Of a DNA stretch of 64,000 nucleotides, positions 58,541 to 64,000 are shown one piece after another (position 1 is the first letter of the stretch; each line of letters starts with the position of its first letter). Source of the DNA: Chloroflexota bacterium. GTDB taxonomy: Bacteria > Chloroflexota > Dehalococcoidia > DSTF01 > RBG-16-68-14. The notes beneath the pieces were generated by a model. The model made no database searches and was not told the DNA's origin. It saw only the letters and a program-made list of their open reading frames with translations. Position numbers and translations under genes: made by a program. The stretch is from assembly GCA_003228685.1 (NCBI GenBank), contig QIFC01000123.1, positions 206-64,205 on the forward strand. The letters run 5' to 3'.

Positions 58541-58559
58541 AGCGGAAACTACGAGAAGC

Positions 58560-58589
58560 AAAGGGGCCTGTCGTGAGACAGGCCCCTTT
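58560..58589. terminator. Bidirectional intrinsic terminator
   Basis: AAAGGGGCCTGTC-GTGA-GACAGGCCCCTTT between convergent genes. Confidence 0.85.
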
Positions 58590-58644
58590 CGTTGACTGGA
58601 TTCGCGGGCCGCGGAGAGCGAACCTCTCCAAGCCCTTGATCCCT

Positions 58645-59316
58645 CTAGCTGGCTCGCATGCTGCTCTCCAGCCTTCCGGGTTGGAGGACCTGCTGCGCCT
58701 GGACCATTAGCTCGTCGACGTTTGAGCCGTGCATCGGGTAGCTCACCAGCGCCGCCCGCCACGGCATGGGTGGTTCCCCAGACGAGCGCAGGTCTGAGAG
58801 CAGCCGGTTTGCGGCCGCCCTCGCCCCGTCGGCCGCGGTTTCCGGCAGCATGAGAACGAAGCGGCTGTCATCGAACTGGGCGGCGTAGTCGCCGTCCCTG
58901 ATCGCGCGCCGCAGGACGTCGGCGGCGTTCAATTGCGCTTCGTGGCTGGGCTCAGCAATCAGGTCGCCGGGCTCCAACAGGAGAATCGCCAGGACGCGAC
59001 TCTTCCGCTGCGCCCGCGCGATCTCCGAGCCGGCGCGCTCGCGGAATACCCACCAACGGTGGAGGCCGGTAACCCGATGCACCGGCAGGCCGCTTTCCAC
59101 GTCCACCGGCGTCGTTGGCTGCGTGAGCGGCTCATTCATCGAACGCGATAGATAGAGGAACAATGAAAAGAGAATGAGCGTTGCTGCCAGAGCCAGCACG
59201 CCTACGAGCGCGTTATCAATCAGTACGAACGATGCGATAGTAAGCAGGAGGCTGATAGCGGCGCCATCGATGGCCGCCCACAAGAGCATCCGTTTGCGGT
59301 TCGTCGTGCCTGCCAT
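58645..59316 (-). CDS. Membrane protein with degenerate GGDEF domain
   Basis: Two TM helices; TGL..W, EIARAQR, RDGD-x5-DDSRF, FVLMLPET. Confidence 0.75.
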   Translation of the reverse strand: MAGTTNRKRMLLWAAIDGAAISLLLTIASFVLIDNALVGVLALAATLILFSLFLYLSRSMNEPLTQPTTPVDVESGLPVHRVTGLHRWWVFRERAGSEIARAQRKSRVLAILLLEPGDLIAEPSHEAQLNAADVLRRAIRDGDYAAQFDDSRFVLMLPETAADGARAAANRLLSDLRSSGEPPMPWRAALVSYPMHGSNVDELMVQAQQVLQPGRLESSMRAS

Positions 59317-59484
59317 CGTATGATCAGTATCGGCATTCGGCTAACGTCATGCCAGGCTCTCCGGGTCCGGAGTTGCGAAACAAACGGCCAAGCGGATCGA
59401 AGTTAGCGATGCCGCAGTTTGCTCTGCATACTGCAAGCTGAGCGAAGCTCAGCCAAACTGCTAAGCTAGCCTAAAGGGCTAGCC

Positions 59485-59721
59485 GTGATTCAAGTACGCA
59501 TGTACAATCTTTTGGCCGAGCGCTCCCTCTCCGGCAAGGAGCGCTACGAGGTCGAGTTCGCGGACGGTATGATCGCTGCGGACATCATCCACAAAGAGGG
59601 CTTCTTCGGAGACGAGGAGGCCGCTATCGTCGTGATCCTCAACGACGAGCAATCCACGCGCCAGACTGCGCTTGCGGACGGCGATCGCGTCGAGTTCATG
59701 ATCAACATGGTGGGCGGCTAG
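59485..59721 (+). CDS. MoaD/ThiS-family sulfur carrier
   Basis: Ubiquitin-like size, LADGDRVEF, C-terminal GG; near AOR. Confidence 0.85.
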   Translation: MIQVRMYNLLAERSLSGKERYEVEFADGMIAADIIHKEGFFGDEEAAIVVILNDEQSTRQTALADGDRVEFMINMVGG

Positions 59722-59806
59722 GCCGCACACCGTGGTCTAGTGCAGGCGGCTAGGCTGTCGATCTGCGTACTGGTGCAGGCGGCTGGTGGACTAAGCCGGC
59801 CTTAGC

Positions 59807-59912
59807 TAGAAACAGACGGCCCAGAGCGGGCCGTCTGTTGTTGTGCCGGGGGAATCGCGGGAGTTGTTTTGACTGGTGGCTTGTTTGCGACACCCTCGGT
59901 AGTGAGGTCACC
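59807..59912 (-). ncRNA. Candidate small RNA, copy 1
   Basis: Downstream of TAGGCA-N16-CATACT with TGn extension; 5' hairpin, C-rich tract, terminator AACAGACGGCCC-GCTCT-GGGCCGTCTGTTTC. Confidence 0.55.
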
Positions 59913-60045
59913 TGTAGTATGGCATCCTCCTGTTGTGTGCCTATGGCAAACGTGTAAAGCGTGTATGAAATCTGGTGGAGAGGCTGAGGGCGCTTAAACA
60001 AGAGCCGATCGTGTCCAGCGGCGTCTCAACACAGGCTGGCCAACA

Positions 60046-60150
60046 TAGAAACAAACGGCCCGTTGTGGGCCGTCTGTTTGTTGCCGGGGGAGTCGCGGGG
60101 ATTTGATTGACTGGTGGCTAGTTTGCGAAACCCTCGGTAGTGAGGTCACC
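60046..60150 (-). ncRNA. Candidate small RNA, copy 2
   Basis: Same layout as copy 1; terminator stem conserved (one G-C to G-U change), loop different (ACAAC). Confidence 0.55.
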
Positions 60151-60325
60151 TGTAGTATCGCACCCTCCTATTTTGTGCCTATGGCAAACATGTAAAACAA
60201 GTACTAAATCTGGCGGCTAGATAGAAGGAACGACGTGCGGAACTCCTTCACGAAAGGGAAAAGAACACGATAAGGTGCACGACTGGCAGCGGTAGCCTTG
60301 AGGTGTTTGCGCAGGTAGTCCGAGC

Positions 60326-60709
60326 CTAGGGCTCAAGGCTCGCCTCGCTGCACCCGGGCCGTTTTGGCCACGAATCGAGCATCCGCTTCGCTGGGTCGTT
60401 CTCCTGAACAACTACCCCCGAAGAGTCGACGCTAAACATGGCCCCGTTTAGCGATCCTATCCCCGAGGTTATCGTGACGAGCGATCGGCCCTGTTCCGAT
60501 TTCGACGCAAACTGCCCGCGATCGACAAGCGCCCAGGGGCGTTCTGGACAAACGGTCTCTGCTACGTCGTAGATCGCGCTCCATTTCGACTGATTCGTCT
60601 CTCCAGCTTCTGACGGGTCGTATACCCACCAGTGCAACACGCTCGTGTCAAGCGCAACAAAAGCCCCAACAAGTATGAGCGCGACCACCGAAGCGACGAG
60701 AGCGCGCAT
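60326..60709 (-). CDS. Hypothetical secreted/membrane-anchored protein
   Basis: N-terminal hydrophobic helix; GGAG upstream. Confidence 0.45.
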   Translation of the reverse strand: MRALVASVVALILVGAFVALDTSVLHWWVYDPSEAGETNQSKWSAIYDVAETVCPERPWALVDRGQFASKSEQGRSLVTITSGIGSLNGAMFSVDSSGVVVQENDPAKRMLDSWPKRPGCSEASLEP

Positions 60710-60885
60710 GTCAGTGAGCCGGTCGGTTCCTCTCCCAACGTCCGAGCGCTGCAATCATTGAGTCATCCCTTCGCATAGTGAATGATATAGTGAACAACCT
60801 GATGCTGGCATGCGGCCGGCATAGGCAGTGTCAGTCTCTATGAGCGTCGAAGCACTCACGCCGCGGCTCGGGCGGAAGGAGAGTT

Positions 60886-62874
60886 TTGCGCAAGTCTAAC
60901 ATTCTCGTCGCGGCAGTGATGGGCGCCGGCATTGCCGTAGCTTCGTTTGGTCAAGCAATGACGACACGTGCTCTCCCAGATGAACTCTCTCGCCTTCTCC
61001 CGTTCGCTGATCAGCTGACGGACGTCTACCCCGAACCGGCTTCCGTCGTGGTCGGCATGATCCTGCTCACGGCCGGAGCGATTCTGTTCGCGGTTGTTGG
61101 CTCGCCTTTCGCGGACAATGCCAATCAATATCCCCTGGCTCCCTCAGGCCGCGGGTTCCAACTGGGACCTGCGAAACCCGTCCTTCCTGCAGGCGCGTTC
61201 CTGGCAGGTCTCGCGCTGTTTGGGGTTTTGATCAGTCAACTCTACTGGGGAGATTACGCGCATTGGCTCATCGTGATCTTCTTGCTTTCCATGGCGTTGT
61301 TGGCCGTCCCGTTCGCGGTGTTGGGCCCACGGCCGCTCAAGCAGCAGCGACCGCGCCTCATCGGGTCGCAGCTGTCAGAGGGACTCGTTCTTGGCGTCCT
61401 CATTTCAATGTTCATGCTCCTCGCCGTCCGCGACCTGAGTCATTGGCGCTTCTCGTTTCTTGGAGACGAATACCCCTTCTTTAGCGGCGCCCGGGACATC
61501 GCATTAGGTGCTTCGTTCAACCCGTTCTCGCAAGCGGGCGTCTACGAAATCCAGCCGGTCCTTTCGTCAACGTATCAGGCACTGTTCCTGAAGCTTTCCA
61601 GCGGCGATCTCTTCGCGTGGAAATTCTCGTTGGTAGTCTTGGTGGCTGCGACACTTATTCCATTCTACCTACTGATGCGAGAACTGTTCACCCAGTTTGC
61701 CGCAACAGTCGCGACATCGATATTGGCAGCATCACACTATCTACTGGGATTAGCTCACACCGGGTACAACAACCTTGACGCACTCTTCCCCACTGCACTT
61801 GCGCTCTGGCTGCTCATCGTAGGACTTAAGCGTGATAGCAGTCTTGCCCTCTTCGCCAGCGGTGCGGCGGCCGGTCTCGGTTTCTACACGCTCTTCAGCG
61901 GCAGAGCAACAATTCTCATTATTGTCCTCTTCTTGTTGACGTTCGGCGTACACAAGCTGCGACCAAGGACGGTACTACCTCTGGCGATCTCGTTTGCGGC
62001 CGTGGCTGCGCCCATCTTTGCGGTCGATGGGTGGGATGTCATCGCAGCGATGTGGGAGCGATCTGCGGCCGCCTATGAAGTCACATGGAGCGTTCGGGTA
62101 GAGCGCGTAGCACAGAATGTCGTGCCGAGCATCATGGCGTTTAACTATAACCCGGACCGTAGGGCCTTCGTCACAGGCTCTCTGTTGGATCCCATTTCCG
62201 CGACATTGTTTGCCTTGGGGCTGGGCGTCGCGATCTGGAAGATGCGTGACCCTCGCTTCCGGCTGTTGGTCATCTGGTGGGCCGTTGCGGTGGTTGTCAA
62301 CGGCTTTGCCCACCAGCGGTCTGAGGTGGCCATTACTCGGCTACACTATGCCCTGCTGCCGGCCGCGGCCTTCGCCGGCATTGCTCTGGATATGGCTCTG
62401 ACGCCACTCCTGCGGCTGGTGCAGCGGCCCGCTGCGAGAAGTGTGCTCGTCGCCGGCGCCTTGCTCGTGTTCATGGTTCCGATGCTGTATCTCAATCTCG
62501 ATCGAATGTGGGTAGACAGCGATAGGGGAACGCTGCCGGAAGCGACAGCGGTAGGGGCAGTCCTGGATGGTCCGTGTCAAGGCGAGGAGTCCGTCATTGT
62601 TGCTCCCTTCCCAACCAACCTCAATTTGTTCGACATCGTCAATGCCTACAACCTAGGCGAGCGAACCCCCACGATTTTCTCTTACGAACAGGCCTTTGCG
62701 CCCGGCGCTCTTGCGGAATGGAGCCTGGATGGCTGCATCGTTGTGATACCCGACCCTCCGGCACCGGGCAGCGAAACGGAGTTCGACGTAATCTTGCGTG
62801 AATTGTTGGAGACTCATCCGGACAAGCAGCCGTACGTCTTCAACGGCAAGACGAAAGTCCTGGTGCTACGCTAG
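60886..62874 (+). CDS. ArnT/GT39-like (GT-C) membrane glycosyltransferase
   Basis: FLGDEY loop, many TM helices, LFASGAAAGLGFYT..SGR, LLDPISATLF.LG; AAGGAG RBS; lower GC than core genes. Confidence 0.78.
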   Translation: MRKSNILVAAVMGAGIAVASFGQAMTTRALPDELSRLLPFADQLTDVYPEPASVVVGMILLTAGAILFAVVGSPFADNANQYPLAPSGRGFQLGPAKPVLPAGAFLAGLALFGVLISQLYWGDYAHWLIVIFLLSMALLAVPFAVLGPRPLKQQRPRLIGSQLSEGLVLGVLISMFMLLAVRDLSHWRFSFLGDEYPFFSGARDIALGASFNPFSQAGVYEIQPVLSSTYQALFLKLSSGDLFAWKFSLVVLVAATLIPFYLLMRELFTQFAATVATSILAASHYLLGLAHTGYNNLDALFPTALALWLLIVGLKRDSSLALFASGAAAGLGFYTLFSGRATILIIVLFLLTFGVHKLRPRTVLPLAISFAAVAAPIFAVDGWDVIAAMWERSAAAYEVTWSVRVERVAQNVVPSIMAFNYNPDRRAFVTGSLLDPISATLFALGLGVAIWKMRDPRFRLLVIWWAVAVVVNGFAHQRSEVAITRLHYALLPAAAFAGIALDMALTPLLRLVQRPAARSVLVAGALLVFMVPMLYLNLDRMWVDSDRGTLPEATAVGAVLDGPCQGEESVIVAPFPTNLNLFDIVNAYNLGERTPTIFSYEQAFAPGALAEWSLDGCIVVIPDPPAPGSETEFDVILRELLETHPDKQPYVFNGKTKVLVLR

Positions 62875-63049
62875 GACTGAATGCGGGGACCGCGTTCGGG
62901 TAACCAGCCATTAGGTCGCTGCTGAAACCGTGAGCCCTGGGCCGACGGTCTTTGCCCCCTCGGGCGCAGGCAGAGTAGGGCAAAACGAAACGGGCGCGCT
63001 GGATCAATCGAAGAGCTTCATTCATACTCGGTGTTGCGACTAAGCCTGC

Positions 63050-63078
63050 TTGACACCTCATCGCCAGGTGGATACTAT
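63050..63078 (+). promoter_or_regulatory. pyrG promoter
   Basis: TTGACA-N17-TACTAT. Confidence 0.65.
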
Positions 63079-63121
63079 GAATTTCGGGCGGCGCCCTCAT
63101 GGGTGCTGCCGTTTGTATTAG

Positions 63122-64000
63122 ATGCCGAAGTACATCTTCGTCACAGGTGGAGTGGTTAGCTCCGTCGGAAAAGGGATAACCACCGCGGCTCTTGGCCGCA
63201 TCCTCAAGTCCCGTGGCCTCAGCGTCTCCATTCAGAAGCTCGATCCATACCTGAACGTCGATCCCGGCACGATGTCGCCCTACCAGCACGGCGAAGTCTT
63301 CGTGACAGACGATGGTTCCGAGACCGACCTGGACCTCGGCCACTACGAGCGCTTTCTCGACGACAATCTCACGAGCACCAGCTCCGTCACCACGGGCCAG
63401 ATCTACGAGACCGTGCTGGGCAAGGAACGGCGCGGCGACTACTTGGGTGGGACAATCCAGCCCATCCCCCACGTCACGAACGAGATCAAGAGCTGCATCC
63501 GCGCCGTCGGCCGCGAATCCGGCGCCGAGGTTGTGCTTATCGAAGTAGGCGGCACAGTTGGTGACATTGAAGGCCAGCCCTTCCTGGAGGCGATCCGCCA
63601 GATGCGCAAGGAGGAAGGCCGCAACGGCACGGCATCCATCCACGTGACGCTGCTTCCATATCTGGGCGCGTCTGGCGAACTGAAAACGAAGCCGACGCAG
63701 CATAGCGTGCGCGAGCTGCGGAGCATGGGTATCCAGCCTGACGTGATCATCTGCCGGAGCGACCGGCCCGTCGCTGATGAACTGAAAGCCAAAATATCGC
63801 TGTTCTGCGACGTCGAACGCGAGGGCGTCATCCCGCTGCTCACGATGCCCAGCATCTACGAAGTGCCGCTCGTTCTCGAAGAAGCGAACTTGGGCGACTA
63901 CGTGGTCGATATCCTCCAGCTCGAGGCTGCCGAACGCGATCTGGACGATTGGCGTCACCTGGTCGACCGGCTCCAGCACCCCACCGGCGAGGTGACAATC
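63122..64000 (+). CDS. pyrG: CTP synthase (3'-truncated by the window edge)
   Basis: [63 protein letters not shown]. Confidence 0.97.
   Translation, partial: MPKYIFVTGGVVSSVGKGITTAALGRILKSRGLSVSIQKLDPYLNVDPGTMSPYQHGEVFVTDDGSETDLDLGHYERFLDDNLTSTSSVTTGQIYETVLGKERRGDYLGGTIQPIPHVTNEIKSCIRAVGRESGAEVVLIEVGGTVGDIEGQPFLEAIRQMRKEEGRNGTASIHVTLLPYLGASGELKTKPTQHSVRELRSMGIQPDVIICRSDRPVADELKAKISLFCDVEREGVIPLLTMPSIYEVPLVLEEANLGDYVVDILQLEAAERDLDDWRHLVDRLQHPTGEVTI

Larger units (their letters stand above)
59807..60216. repeat. Tandem ~170-bp non-coding duplication (period ~239 bp)
   Basis: 59807-59978 vs 60046-60216; shared blocks GACTGGTGGCT, ACCCTCGGTAGTGAGGTCACCTGTAGTAT, TGTGCCTATGGCAAAC, AAATCTGG. Confidence 0.93.

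Noticed and set aside
59807-60216. Tandem repeat as a CRISPR array, c-di-GMP riboswitch or small ORF pair
   Set aside because: Units are too long and only two; the GGCAAAC context lacks the conserved GEMM stems; AGGAGG is badly spaced from start codons and the frame is not conserved

Overview
GC-rich bacterial chromosome segment, most likely Chloroflexota of Dehalococcoidia type. That assignment is inferred from the flexitail-like and dockerin-like Pro/Thr surface proteins, the tandem DnaC-like ATPase after dnaB, and thyX. The core backbone carries thyX, lepB, rpsU-yqeY-7TM/HD, purQ and purL, rplI-dnaB-dnaC-like, a moaD/E fusion, comF, hpf, glyA, rpsF-ssb-rpsR, thrC, AOR and the 5' part of pyrG. 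Small accessory inserts are scattered through it. Main unexplained signals: (1) two adjacent integrase-free inserts, each flanked by a duplicated, allelic 3' end of the upstream gene (purQ; a DUF4389-like gene); (2) two tandem ~170-bp non-coding units that look like sibling sRNA genes, each with its own promoter and terminator; (3) a two-state structured leader over the glyA ribosome-binding site; (4) a QueA-like/SDR pair beside a GAF two-component system; (5) a tandem RusA-like protein with catalytic motifs split between halves; (6) REP-like palindromes, one in frame inside purL; (7) frameshifts in rpsF and the DUF4389-like gene. I saw no rRNA, tRNA, CRISPR array, transposase or integrase. 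All calls come from reading motifs by eye; no database searches were run.
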